DNA from: Squalus acanthias
Lineage: Eukaryota
Length of the DNA stretch: 64,000 nucleotides
NCBI GenBank assembly: GCA_030390025.1
Contig: CM059440.1
Coordinates: forward strand, 13,950,001 to 14,014,000
Reading direction: 5' to 3'
Part shown: one piece after another, positions 24,886 to 37,821 of the stretch
Layout of the letters: every line of letters starts with the position of its first letter
Position numbering within the stretch: the first letter of the stretch is position 1
Made by a program: the position numbers and the translations under genes
Notes under the pieces: model-generated
What the model was told of the DNA's origin: nothing
What the model saw: the letters and a program-made list of their open reading frames with translations, nothing else
Database searches by the model: none

Positions 24886-26683
24886 GTCATGACCCCACTC
24901 CCCCCAACCCCCCCCCCCCCCCCCACCCCACACCCCCCCACTGGTTCCGCCACTGGGACCGCCAGCTCCTGAAGCATAGGACTTGCGCAGCCAGCGGCAC
25001 GCCTAAAGTAAATTAAGGTCACTAAAGTCGGCCACAGGTGAAATCCAGTAAAACCATGGTGAGCCAGCTTTAGTGAATCTGGGTCCCAGCACCCCAATAA
25101 ACCCAATATACACAGCTAAAACTTATCAGTGTCTTACATAGTATTCAGTGACAGATCACACATGCCTGTTGTAGTGCATTACACACAAATCATTTGAATG
25201 CCTGTAGGTATTGTGGCACTGCGCTTTTAAGGTAAAGTGGGAACTGTAGCATAGACATTGGGGGTGACGTTGATCTTCAACTTCAATGGAAAAGAAAATC
25301 TTGCGGAGTATAAAACAGGCTGGCGATTTGCTGTTGCCTGTTTTGTGCTCCACTGAAGACCTATTTCACCCCTCATCGATGTTTGGAAGGGGAGGGGGTA
25401 TATTGTGTTGTGACTAGCCCATAGCAGTAGGAATGTCAGATTAGGAGTGTTTGGGAATGGCCTCCTCAGTCACATATTGCCATTTTGTGTTTTGTCTTTC
25501 AATGGCTATGATCTTCGGTTGTTATTGAACCCACATCACCATCAGCCGACAGCTGGCCTTTCTCTGTTTGTGCTTCCTAGCTCGTTTTGTGATATATTTA
25601 CTCTGGTACGTGACCAAAACTTTCATCTCCATGATGCTCCTTATATTTCTGAAGTATTCCTTTGTCCTCTTATCCCTGACGTGACAGGTAGCGTTCATTT
25701 GAAGGTACTTAACCTCAAACTAACATCCTTAGACGCTGAATTCGTTCAGTCACACCCTCTCCCTCAAGTTCGCAACACCTTCACTCCCTTTTTAGTCTCC
25801 ATTTTATTGTTATTTAATAAAAGACGTTTATTTGTGTGGGAGAGGGGGTTTGAGTAAGAGAATGATTCCCAAATGTGCACAGGAGCCATTAATAATACAG
25901 GTGATATAATTGACTGCTGGCCTAGTTGATTATTAATAGATTTTTCAAATAATAATTGTTGAATGTTTCCTGAAAATTTCACCCGGGGTTAAATCTTTCA
26001 TTGGGTTGCATGGATCTCCATACCAGCCATGTTTGTTGTCTGCACGTTAACCCTTTGAGGTGTAGGACTGCATTTCACAAGAGCTTCACAATTTCTGAGA
26101 CTGAGTAGCTACTTAATAGGGCAGTGTTATCACAATAATGTACCTTGCAGGAATTAGCTGAAAACAGCTTGTTCAAACAGCGGTGTCTCGTGAATCAGGA
26201 GCAGGGAGGAGCATAACATTTGAGAACAGGAAAAAACATTAAGACCAAACAAGCCTGTCTCACAGATCAACCCCATACCCCTCAACTCCAACTCTCTCTG
26301 GAAATCAACTCTTTCCCTGGCGTACATTGAGCTTTCTCACAATAAACTAGACCCATGTAACAGGGAAACCCTATATGCCAAGCATATTGTTCCCTTTATC
26401 CAATCAATCCTATTAAACAAACACTGTTATAGCCTAAAGTGTAGATGTCTCAGAACTAGTCATTCTCTCACCTACAGGGAGTTGTCACTTAACAAAGAGG
26501 AGTCAAATGCCCCCTTTGACCTCCATAGGATTAGGCCTACTGTATATTAACAGCAGGAAGTTACATAAACACGACTGAAGGCTCCCATGAGAGCTCAGTT
26601 GGTTAGTGCACTACCCAATATGCTATTGAGCCATTCCAGCCAGAAAAGTTCCAGGTTTGACCTGTGACCTGTGCTTAGTTAGC

Positions 26684-26868
26684 TGTACTGGGTGGGTTAG
26701 GCCTATCCTGTACTGGAGGGGTTAGATCTCACCTGTATTGGTTGGGTTAGGCTTCTCCTGTACTGGGTGGGTTAGGCCTATCCTGTACTGGAGGGGTTAG
26801 ATCTCACCTGTATTGGTTGGGTTAGGCTTCTCCTGTACTGGGTGGGTTAGGCCTATCCTATATTGGGC
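26684..26868. repeat. 25-bp minisatellite with a 75-bp higher-order period
   Basis: Units start at 26684, 26709, 26734, 26759, 26784, 26809 and 26834, in variant order A-B-C-A-B-C-A. Confidence 0.9.
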
Positions 26869-27694
26869 GAGTGAAATCCAAGTAAGGAATGCCAAAGATT
26901 TCCTACTTCCCCCCAAAGCACAATTTCTGGAACATTCAAATAATTATGTTGGAACAAACTTGCGGAATTGCCCCCTTCCCTTCTTTATTCCTGGGACAAC
27001 AATTGATTCACTTACCACATTAGCAGTTTGAGGAGACAGGAGTGAACCAATTCTATCCAATTACTATATTGTCATATCCCAGGCTAATGAAATGTATGAA
27101 GACTTACAACTGGTGGTCATTACGCACATTATATTATTATAGCTAATGAAAAGGAGGGCTGTACTTCAGTCTGGTATTCTTTCTCTAGTGAATCTGACAG
27201 GAAAAATAACAACCACTAGGCTTTGGAGCAGTAAGGCCATAATTCTCTGTAGTGAGTGTTGGATTTTTATAGCGATTTCCAGTGTGGGACTCAGGCCGAG
27301 AAAAAAATGACGTGCTTTATTTATTGTGATGTGTTTGAATTTATGTCGAGTCTTCCAGCACATTATTCCCTTGCTTGCTGATACAGAAAGCGCCACTCAT
27401 AGTCCCCCTTATAAATCACCAAGGGTTTTGCCTTTTTGCCCCAAGGGTCAAAACAACAATGATTGTGGTCTTTCGCTGAGTAAATAATGGCATTTATCAT
27501 GCTTCAGTTTATCCTGCTAATTAAGCAATAACAACTCAAAGTAACCACACGGGAAGGGAAAGAAATCTGCAGAAGACGTGAAGGAAGCTACAGTTCAAAC
27601 TCTGCCGCTCCGCAGGACTAAATTCTGTCTTTTATCATTACCGATAGTTTGCTGCTGAGCCCCCAATGATGTGACAGGTGCCATCTGAAAGGAA

Positions 27695-27972
27695 AGGAAA
27701 GACTTGCATTTATATAGCGCCTTTCATGACCTCAGGACGTCCTAAAGTGCTTTACGGCCAGTTAAGTACTTTTGAAGTGTAGTTGTAATGTAGGGAAACC
27801 TGGCAGCCATTTTGCACACAGCAAGGTCCCACAAACAGCAAGGTGATAATGACCAAATAACCTGTTTTTGTGGCTATTCCTCCCAGGGAGCCTCTGTTTA
27901 ACGTCTCTTCCGTAGACAGCAGTTCTGACAATACAGCACTCCCTTAGTACTGCACTGAGGCATCAACTTATA
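27695..27972 (-). mobile_element. SacSINE1-like SINE, 3' part (head continues at 28793-28888)
   Basis: aaagacttgcatttatatagcgcctttcatgacctcagg.. breaks at the gtcagcctaga-equivalent position and resumes at 28793. Confidence 0.8.
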
Positions 27973-28430
27973 GTGTCAGCCATGGCTTAGTTGGTAGTTC
28001 TCTCGCCTCTGATTCATAAGGTTGTGGGTTCATAGACCCACTCCAGAGACTTGAGCACGATAATCTAGGCTGACACTCCAGTGCAGCACTGAGGGAGTGC
28101 TACACTGTCGGAGGTGCCATCTTTCGGACGAGATGTTAAACTAACATCTGCTCTCTCACGTGGACGTAAAAGATCCCATGGCGCTATTTCGAAGCAGAGC
28201 AGGGTAGTTATACCCGGTGTCCTGGCCAATATTTATCCCTCAATCAACATCGTTAAAACAGATTATCTGGTCATTATCACAGTGCTGTTTGTGGGAGCTT
28301 GCTGTCTGCAAATTGGCTGCCGCGTTTCCTACATTACAACCGTGACTATACTTCAAAGGTACTTCATTGGCTGTAAAGCGCTTTGGGACGTCCTGAGGTT
28401 GTGAAAGGCGCTATAGAAATGCAAGTCTTT
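27973..28430 (+). mobile_element. SacSINE1-like DeuSINE, full length
   Basis: tRNA-like head (tggcttagttggtag..gggttcatagaccc), Deu-like core ggtgccatctttcggacgagatgttaaa..aaagatcccatggcgctattt, tail gtaaagcgctttgggacgtcctgaggttgtgaaaggcgctata. Confidence 0.9.
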
Positions 28431-28439
28431 AATTTAGAT

Positions 28440-28792
28440 CAGGGATGTCAAACTCAATTTACATGGTGGGCCTGATTTGACATCCTGGGGTAGAAATTGG
28501 TATGCATTTCGCCTTTTTATCGATGTAATATGCGCGTATTGTACACTAATTACTGTGCACAATGTCCTGCGCCGATGACATGGCTCCCACCATATTGGTC
28601 CTCACAGCTTTTAGACATCCCTGGCAAGCTACCTAAAATCAGCAATGGATTAATTTAGGCGAAATTTGACGGTGCAGGTCTCCCGGGCTGTAAGAAGCAG
28701 TACCCGGGAGACTTTGAATAGCACACTGCAGGCCGGATGGAACTGTTTTGTGGGCCAGATCCAGCCCATGGGCTGTGTGTTTGACACCCCTG
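28440..28792. mobile_element. hAT/Charlie-like MITE
   Basis: TIRs cagggatgtcaaac / gtttgacacccctg. Flanks atttagat / gtctaaat resemble the NTCTAGAN target preference of Charlie elements. Confidence 0.75.
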
Positions 28793-30920
28793 GTCTAAAT
28801 TCTGTGCTCAAGTCTCTGGAGTGGGACTTGAACCTACCAGCTACTGACACAGAGGCAAGAATGCTACCACTGTGCCACAGCTGACACCTGGGTCCCAGGC
28901 AAGACCGTATTTAAACAGTGGGCAGACTTGACCGCAGAGCACAAAGGTGTTAAATCCGGTGGGTCCACACGTTGTTTTAAAGTGGTAATGCACCCAGACT
29001 AGCAGTGGTGTTCCAGGAGTGATTTGTTTTAATTTGAAAAAAGAATTGAAAGAAATGGAAGGCGCGCACATCATCGAGGAATACGGACTCGCATGCACCG
29101 GCTATATTGTTTATACTTCACCAATTCTGGGTAACGAGTGTAAACATGAATTGGGTCTCTCACTGACCTGTGATCCTGGTCCCTGTGAGTGCACCTCCCT
29201 TCTGTCAAGGAAGGATCATGAATCATCCCTCTAGTCTCACCCTGGCCTGTGTAGCTCAAGTAGCACTCCCGGGCTGTGCGTTTACCCACTGAGCTACACG
29301 GGAAAGATTATAGACTTCACTTTGAAAAAATTGGCTGTTTGTATCTTGCGCGTTTTCCCAGCTGCTGTCACATTTTAACAACTCTTTATAAGCGCGCAGG
29401 GTTCTGTTTATTTTATTAATGGTTGTTGCCAAAATCAAACGGAAATGTAAATATTCATAGTTTTTCTTCTTTTTCCCCAAAAGTATTTTTTGAGCCAATG
29501 TGTACGTTCTATTGTAATTTTTTGACTTACGGTGATGAATTGCAATCCTTGGACAGGACAGCAACACAAAATATTGCGGGTTGATTTTGTAATGGCCGTC
29601 ACTGTTTTAGAAAGAATAATGAACATTGGCCCATTCATGTTGCTCTTCTTTCCCGGCGTTCCCGCCACCCCCCCCCCCCCCCCGCGAAGGTACTGACATT
29701 TAGCCCTCCAGCAGTTCGCCCAGGTGGCTATTCCTCCCAGGTGAGCTTAGACAGTGGGATATTCAACTGTGGAATGCATCACATTCAGGCCCAAACCTGC
29801 CTTGTTCTCACCCAATGTCCATACGTGTGAATTTTTCCAGTAAAGTGAGGTGGGCGGGAGGGTTTCATCAGATATCAATTAAGAATAAGAATCCGGCTGA
29901 TTTACCCCATTCTACCCAAGAACCCTAAGGCCAATTAAAGAATACGCCAGCACTATCCTGGCAGAGACCAGCTAACTCACCATGGGCCATACCATTGCAA
30001 CAACACCTTTTATATTTCTGGCATAACTGGCATTTTTAACATAGAAAACTTACCAATGACACTTCACACACTTGGGATGGAGAGGAACAAAAATAGAGAA
30101 AAGGATAAAGGAGCTGACACCAGTCCAAGATGTGAGAGAGATAGGAGAGGTGACAGAAAGCTTGTTTGTAAATCTGGGTTTTTCAAAGAGAGCCAAGTGG
30201 AGAGGCAGGTAGAGAGCCAGCAGGAGTCAGAGATTTCAGGGAAAGACGGGCGAAAATTGGGAAGGAAAGGCACCTCATCTTGACTCAGAATGATTGAATT
30301 TTTATTTCAGCAGTTCCATTATACAGAGCGCTCTGACTCGGCCTGCTCCTTCACCCAGATACCAGAGAAAACCTCTGATTCATTGCTCCCATCCCAGAAG
30401 GGGAAAAACTGTTGACTGATGTGGGAATGACTGCCTTTCCTGAATTGGAACAGCCTGATTTGAAAGGGAAGAGGAAACATCTCTTATGTTTTCTTATACA
30501 TTTTTTTGGAAGACACGCATGAACTGAATTGTTTTCAACAAGTTTGGCTGATTTCACCATTACGGCTTGAACAAGGACTGATTATAGGAGACGAGGAACA
30601 ATCTGTTAAACCCGACGGCTGGGCTTTCTACTCCTAAATTGCATAAAATGAGACGTAAACTTCTCAGACATAATCATGTTTTTGTTTTAAGTCACTGGGA
30701 AAGAAAAATGAGTGTGACTTTCCAAGCCCAAAGCATAATCGCACAGGCCACTCTTAACACTTTCACTGCCGTATTCTGAGCAGAACTGGTTTTGAATTTT
30801 CTTTTCTTCCCCAGCTCGTCTGAGGGAGCTGATTCATGGTGGGATACAGTCGCATGGGTGCCAGCTTCCCTCTGGTATCTCACCTTCCTTCATGTGTGAG
30901 CCTGGGCGCTGAGACCTTAA

Positions 30921-31027
30921 AGCTTAGATTTTCTGATCAATGTTAATTTAATGCCAAACAGTAAACTGTTTTATTACCCATGGGTTACTGCTGGCGTTAA
31001 AATAATGCCCATCAGAAAATGCAGGCT
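30921..31027. mobile_element. Palindromic MITE-like hairpin
   Basis: agcttagattttctgat / atcagaaaatgcaggct plus inner attttaatgcca..cagtaa / ttactg..tggcgttaaaat inverted pairs. Confidence 0.55.
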
Positions 31028-32353
31028 CACATAGTTGTCGGATATTCAACCGTGGATGGCGTCGCAGTCAAGCCCAATTCTCACCTGACATTCACGTTAC
31101 AGCAGGGGTCACTAAATAGCAATCGGAAACAGGAACCCTCGCTAGTTTTTTTTCCCTCTGTTTAGCCTAGGGTCACTGAGGTCAATGATAGTCCTTCTAT
31201 CACAGCCCTGACAGAGATCAGCTAACACAGCAAAGACAATACCTAGGTCTATCATAAATCAATGCCTTCACGAGAGGAGGGAATGGATTACAAACTAAGA
31301 TAGAACTTGTTTAAACTCTAAAATTATTTATGATAAATTGACAACTGGGGATCAGACCTGATGCTATCTTGGTCACTGTGGTTCAGTTCCATACCGTGTG
31401 GTACAGTAGTCAAAGCAGTCATTGCCTCAGATCTTTTTAAAATGGATAAAGTCTTTGTCTACATTGTTTTAACAAAGGTTCGGAAAAAGTCTATGGAAAT
31501 AATTTTATCAAGTTTGAAGTTGGCTCAACGAAGGCCTCGATTGCCTCAGTCATTTTTTCTTCTTTTTCTGCTTCCTGTCACTTTGACCTTCGACTCTGAC
31601 AAACAGTACTTGACCCCATCTGAGTACTGGGGATTAAATATTGATCCTTTGTGAATCTCAAGATATACCCAAATAGTTGTGGAACCTCTCTATTTTATAC
31701 ATTAATTACTAGCATTGCAGCAATAAATAAGGGCTATTTCTCCTCAGCTCACCTAGAGTTTCATAAAAATATTCCAGGATCTTGTATCATGTTCTACAAT
31801 CCCTGCAAGATTCACAGGTTTCACTTAAGTATAAAGATACTGATGGACTGAGGGTTATGAAAGCACAGGACCACAGGCTTCTCAAGCTGTGAAGACAGAA
31901 TGATCTGGACCATAGACTTCTCTAGCCGTGACACTCCTCCAGCTTTGAGGAATTCCTTGACTGCCTGGCATCAGGTATATACTCTCCCCCCACTAGACTG
32001 CCAGGCATTGGACATATGCCAGGCCTACTGGACCTGCTGAGCGCTTCCAGCATTTTCTGTTTTCATTTCAGCATGGACCTTGGGTGGAACCAGGGACCTG
32101 TTGTGTGGTTTTCATGCAGTGCGTGCACAATGAAACCTGGTTAATTTAATCAGATTCTGTTCGGTTAGGCTGTTATCTGTAGGTGTTAAATATGCAAACC
32201 AGGAGCTAAAGCTGCAAATACTCAAATGAGACCTGTAATTAAACTAAACTAAACTAAACATCTTCCATTCAGAAATTAGCTGCTTTCACACAACCAGTGT
32301 GCAATGAACAGATCATGCTTTCACCACTTCCTAGCAAAGCCTCATTAAAATGA

Positions 32354-32568
32354 AAGTGAGAAGTCGCACAACACCAGGTTATAGTCCAACAGTTTTATTT
32401 GAAATCATAAGCTTTCGGAGCTGCTGCCCCTTCGTCAGGTGAAGTGACGAAGGGGCAGCAGCTCCGAAAGCTTGTGATTTCAAATAAAACTGTTGGACTC
32501 TAACCTGGTGTTGTGCGACTTCTCACTTTTGTCCACCCCAGTCCAACACCGGCATCTCCGCATCATGG
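32354..32568. mobile_element. Penelope-like element terminus inserted as an inverted pair
   Basis: 85-bp inverted arms (32353-32437 / 32445-32529, 2 mismatches), 12-bp direct repeat tcattaaaatga on both sides, and a hammerhead-like CTGACGA..GAAA core. Confidence 0.8.
32405..32442 (-). ncRNA. Minimal type I hammerhead ribozyme-like motif
   Basis: Minus strand reads UCAC-CUGACGA-A-GGGGC-AGCA-GCUCC-GAAA-GC-UU-AUGA. The other arm has GUGA, which restores stem I. Confidence 0.6.
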
Positions 32569-35509
32569 TCATTAAAATGAGAGGGCAAAGAAGAAACTTC
32601 TGTGAACTGTCGGCGCAGAGCAGGTGTGTGAAGAACTGGAACCTTGGGTGGACAGTTTGGGGATCAAAAATATTATATGATTTATTTGGAGATAACTTGG
32701 GGTGGAAGGATAATTAAATTGGTAGTTCTGCCCTGTGTAGAATACAGAGGGAGGCAATTCAGTGTTTTCTTTCCATTCGTCAGATGTCTCCATTTTCCTA
32801 CACCTTACCTCTCCTGAATTTGCTCACTCTGCCGGGGTATCGTTCCACGATCACCATTTACCCACCCGTACCTCAATCAGTCATTCTTCATGTATGAGCC
32901 AAAACAGTGAGCATCAGTTAGCTGTTTAACTGTGAAGGGCATTGCAGCTGAACCCAATCCTGTCGCTACGCAAAATCCATATAAATTCACACGCGCACAG
33001 GCATGCACACAAACACATGCACACACAGGCATGCACACATGTAGTTTCGAAGAAAGGTTAAATCTTCTTAAAGCCCAACTCTCCGATGAAACTTTTGGTC
33101 ATCCCTCCTAATCACTCCCTTTCTGGCTCAGTTTCTGTTCCCACTATACCTATCAGTGAAGCATAACTTCACCTTAGGACTGTTCTTTACACTAGAGGTG
33201 CTGTATAAATGCAAGTTGTTGTTGAGTGGGAATCTTGAGACACTGAAGCCCATTAGACTACCCCCTTCGCCCTAGCCCTGCCCCTCCTCAAGTGAGATCT
33301 GTTAGCATTTTCTTCTGACTCGGACAAAGCAAACACAACCAAACAAATTATGTCTTACAGGATTCTGTAGCGATAATTTTTTTGAAACAATAATTTTAAC
33401 CGAGAATGAAATGGTCGCATCTCCACCTCCCTGTGTTATCTTCTTGTTACTTTTATCCTTCGCGTCTGTTTAACAAAAAAAGAAATCACATTTTGGCTGA
33501 AATGAATGTTGTCTTCCTTCCATTTACACCATCAGTTGGGATCTGAGTAAAATCTATTATGCCTTATCTGTGCAGTAATTTAGTGAGCAAGGATCGGATT
33601 TCTACTGTTTAGGCTCAGGGCTTTGTGTACCACAGCTGCAGTTGAGATAAATCCTCATCAGGAACAAAGTTTGAGTGACCTTTACAACTAGTCTTCACTT
33701 GTTCACTCCAAACTAATTTATCAGCCTTCATTTTGGCCCCGATTCCCAGAGAGGTCGTGAAAGAACATTATTAAGAGCATGAATGAAGGGAGGATTAAGA
33801 AGCTTGGCTAGTCTCTCTCACTACAGACACCTAGTTATTTGGCTTTCACAAGAATAGGAGGCAGAGAGATAATCCATACTATCCAGGAGGGCATCCGACA
33901 GGCCTTAGCAATGTCTGACTTTTTGCTCTCAGACGATTTTTTTTAAGAGGAATAAACTGGAAGCCATTCTGTCTATTATTATCCTGGTCTGAAGCTGCCT
34001 TCTTTAAACTTGACGGACCACTATTAACCTCCGCTCACTAATGGAGTCTTGGGAAGCAGAGAGAGAGAGACAGAGACGAGCTTAACTCTTTGTACGGTGG
34101 TCGGTATTTGCTCCTCTAGGGTCTCTGCGCAACTTAATAAGATCAGATCCCTTTTCAAATGATTATCCCTTTGTTTTAAATCATTACCCGATCAATTGAA
34201 ATGTCTTTTTTTTTATTTTATTTTGTTTCCCTCCTAGTTGTGTCTCTCTTTCCTCTCCCCACAATCCAATGACTTCTGATGGAAAGTGTTTCCATGTGGA
34301 TATCGGGGTGAGGACAGGTTGGGTCTTCGCTGTGATGCGCCCTCACAGTCAGATAGCCCGCCAGCATTGACCGCCTAGGCTCACATATGCTGAATGACCA
34401 CTCGGGTGAGGTACTGAAGGCTAATGCAACTGTACCACAGCACAAGGCAAGGAAGGAGGGGTAAAATTGGAAAATATATATATATCCATTGAGTTTGTAC
34501 ACCTAGTGTTCCATGCAGCTACAGGCCATGTATTTCGACCCTCATTGAGGGTTGTTGGGTATTAATTAACTCATTGGTTAAACTCGCCAGTTGGCATATT
34601 CTCCACTGCAGCCCCTGGGCCTTGCTGGATGCCAGGTGGTGTCATTACTGCAAACAGATACTGACTGCTGCAAGGAACCGGATGGCAAGGGCAGCGTGAG
34701 GGAGCTGATAGGAATCAGCTGCGTTTAAAAACCATGTGTAACAGAAACCTTCAAAAATGTTTTTAATGATGATGCGAGTTGACGAGATGCAGACAAGCTC
34801 GGGGGCTGAAATGATCGCTCAGTTCTAAGGGAGCAGCTTTTAAAATAAGTGTCCATTGCCAGAAAGGATACGAGGAGCTTGCATTTATACAATGCCTTTC
34901 ACGCATCGAAGCTTAGCGAGGTGCTTTACAGGAGCAGCAGTGGATACCGAGCAAGAAGGAGGGAAAGTTAGCGAAGGTAACAGAAAGCACGGAGGTGAGT
35001 TATGAGGGGTATTTTGAAGGTGGGGAAAGAGATAGGAAGATGAAGACTTTTAGGGAGAAAATTCCAACGTGCTAGAGTTTGGTGGTTGATGGCTATGCCA
35101 GTAATTGTGGAGCAGAGAGAGAGGAGGAGACATTGATCATGGTTGAAAGAGCAGAATGTTTAAGCACAATTTTAGGCTGGAAAAGTCCTAATATCTTCAT
35201 CTGTATTTCTAAGTGCACTCATCAGTCAACCGCAACCTAGCAACTACTGGTCAGCAACATAGGATATCCCTTATTAGCAGCTTGTGCCACCTCTGGGCTG
35301 ATGAACGTGTCAAAAATGGAGTCCCAGGCTTGTGCAGGCCTATGTGAAGTTATGTTGCCAGACTGAGATTAAGCACCACACCCCGCCTACCCTTTTGACC
35401 TGTGCTGTATGGTTCCAGAGTAATTGGCTGTTGCTTGCGATCTGATAGTCCCAGTCAGTACGTTACTACTGCACTATGCAGAGTTGCAACATCTCTGTTT
35501 CGTGGACTA

Positions 35510-35875
35510 GACCAGTGCCAGAACTGAGGGAGTGCTGCACTGTCAGAGGTGCCGTATTTCAGATGAGACGTTAAATTGAGGCCCCGTCTGCTCTCTCAGG
35601 TTGGCATAAAAGATCCCATGGCACTATTTCAAGGAAAATCAGGGGACTTCTTCTCGTTGTCCTGGCAAATATTTTTTATCCCTCAATCAACATCACAAAA
35701 ACAGATGATCTGGTCATTATCACATTGCTGTTTGTGGGAGCTTGCTGTGTGCAAATTGGCTGCCAAGTTTCCCACATTACAACAGTGATTACACTTCAAA
35801 AGTATTTTGTTGGCTGTAAAGCGCTTTGGGACATCCTGAGGTTGTGAAAGGCGCTATGTAAACTTAAGTCTTTTT
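35510..35875 (+). mobile_element. SacSINE1-like SINE, 5'-truncated
   Basis: Deu-like core and tail as at 27973-28430. Confidence 0.85.
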
Positions 35876-37634
35876 GCAGTCAGTTACAAATGATATATGG
35901 AGGTTACGTCCAAGTACCAAGAGTTGCTTGGTCAAGTCAGGGTGCGGAAATCACAACGCCTCTTGGCCAATCAAAGACCAGCATCGGAAATGACCATACA
36001 CATCAAATTTGACTCAGAACTACCTCATCTATTATCCGACCAAGGAACATTCACTAGGTAGATTGCTTATAGACTGCTCTCACAGCCGAAGAGGGTGCCT
36101 GAGACTTACCTGTCCAGACTGCCCTATAGCTTCTTCCCTGCACATGCAAGGACCCATGAGCCAATTTGCGCTCCTAAGTCTGAGACTATCAAAAAGCATC
36201 CAGGAACTTGAAAAGTCTGTGGTCCGATAACTTTCCAATGAAATGATGGCGCTGCCACATTTACACTCCAATTTTCTCCCCTCTTCTCCCAAAGTCTTTG
36301 GTTTCACAGCTCCGTGGATGCTAGCATCCTCTAGTATCTCACCCAAGTGGCCATTCTTCATGTGTGAAGATAAACAGCAAGTATCAGTCAACTATTCCAC
36401 CATGAATGGCGTCACTGCTGAACCTGATTCTGTCCTCACCCGACATCCACATATGTGCATTTAATAGCAATCAGAAGCAGGAACCCTGGCCAATTATTCC
36501 CTTGTCTACCCAGGGGGCACTTCAACCAATTGTGATAAGCCAAGATAAGCTAACTCAGTACAGACCAGGGATGTGCGGAATTAGCTTATGCCAGCTAGGA
36601 TAGTAAGTTAGAGGGCTTCAATTGGCCTCTACATCTGTAGACTATAAATTGGTTCCCATTCCTGACCACTACCCAGTGACTACTGCCAGATGTGCTTGTG
36701 TCTCTGGGCATTGGTGAGATCAAGATCTGGCTGCAAGCCAATGTAGCTTGCTGACCTTCTCTGTCAGGTATGAAGAATGACAACTTCTACTAGGTCCCAG
36801 GGGTTTGCCATCTCCCTGCAGAACTGAACCCAGCAAGACTCGCCTGTCCTCAGGAGATGAGGATAAAAGGACATTTGAAAATAGAAAAGAAAAATCAGGG
36901 GAGGTTGACAAAATGGATGGAGAGTGAGGGCCATCCCAGGCCAGCAGCAGGTTCATTAGTTGGTGAAGTGGAGAGGAGAGGGCACTCAGCTCTGTGAATG
37001 TTCTCAGGACAATGAGGTAAAGAAATGGGAGCTGGAAGCATTGGCTAAATTGTTGGTGAATTAGCTGAAGTCAGAAGCCCCTGAATGGTCTGAAGTAGGG
37101 ACGGGAAATGCTAGGCTTGTGCACAATTCAGGCCAAATTAGGTAAGCTATTCAGAGCAAATGAAAAGACTGGGAGTCCTCTTTCTTTAGGTAAATTGGGA
37201 GGAAATTCCTTTTTTTTTGTTTGCTGTTCTGAAGGGCTTGAGCTTTTCATTTAGTTACCTGAGGCCCGCGGGGCAGTGGAGGACAATGAAAGGGAAATGC
37301 TCAATAAAGTCGCTAGCACTGTACCGATAAATTGGTAATAAACGAAGATTTCAGCCTGAGCTTTGAGGCCTACAGCATCTGTGAGGCCAGCAGTACAAGG
37401 GGAGAGGAGGGGACGGGCGGGGGGATTATTCCCTCCTGGCCCCAAGATTAGCAGATCCAGACATTACAAAATCTCTTTGTTTAAAGACAGTCTATACTGC
37501 CAGATTTTCCCTGGACGATATGTATAATAAAAAAAAAGACTTGGCAAAACCAAGGTGAATAATAAACGAACAAAGCAACTTTTATGCCAGTCTTCTCCCT
37601 TCCTTTCCGGAAGGTGCCGATTCATAAAAAGAAG

Positions 37635-37795
37635 AAAGAAAGAACTTGGATTTATATAGCACCTTTCACGGCCTCAGGACGTCCCAAAATGCTTTACAAC
37701 CAATTAAGTACTTGTGAAGTATAGTCACTGTTGTACTGTAGGAAATGCGGTATTATTTTGCGCACAGCAAGGTCCCACAAATAGCAATGTGACAG
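37635..37795 (-). mobile_element. SacSINE1-like tail fragment
   Basis: acttggatttatatagcacctttcacggcctcaggacgtccc. Confidence 0.8.
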
Positions 37796-37821
37796 ATTCA
37801 TGGTGGAGTACGGTTCCCAGG

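Noticed and set aside
28114-28404. Recurrent similar short ORFs (1343, 28114, 35576, 44484, 53332, 58152) suggesting a peptide family
   Set aside because: All are translations of the same SINE; frames and stops differ between copies.
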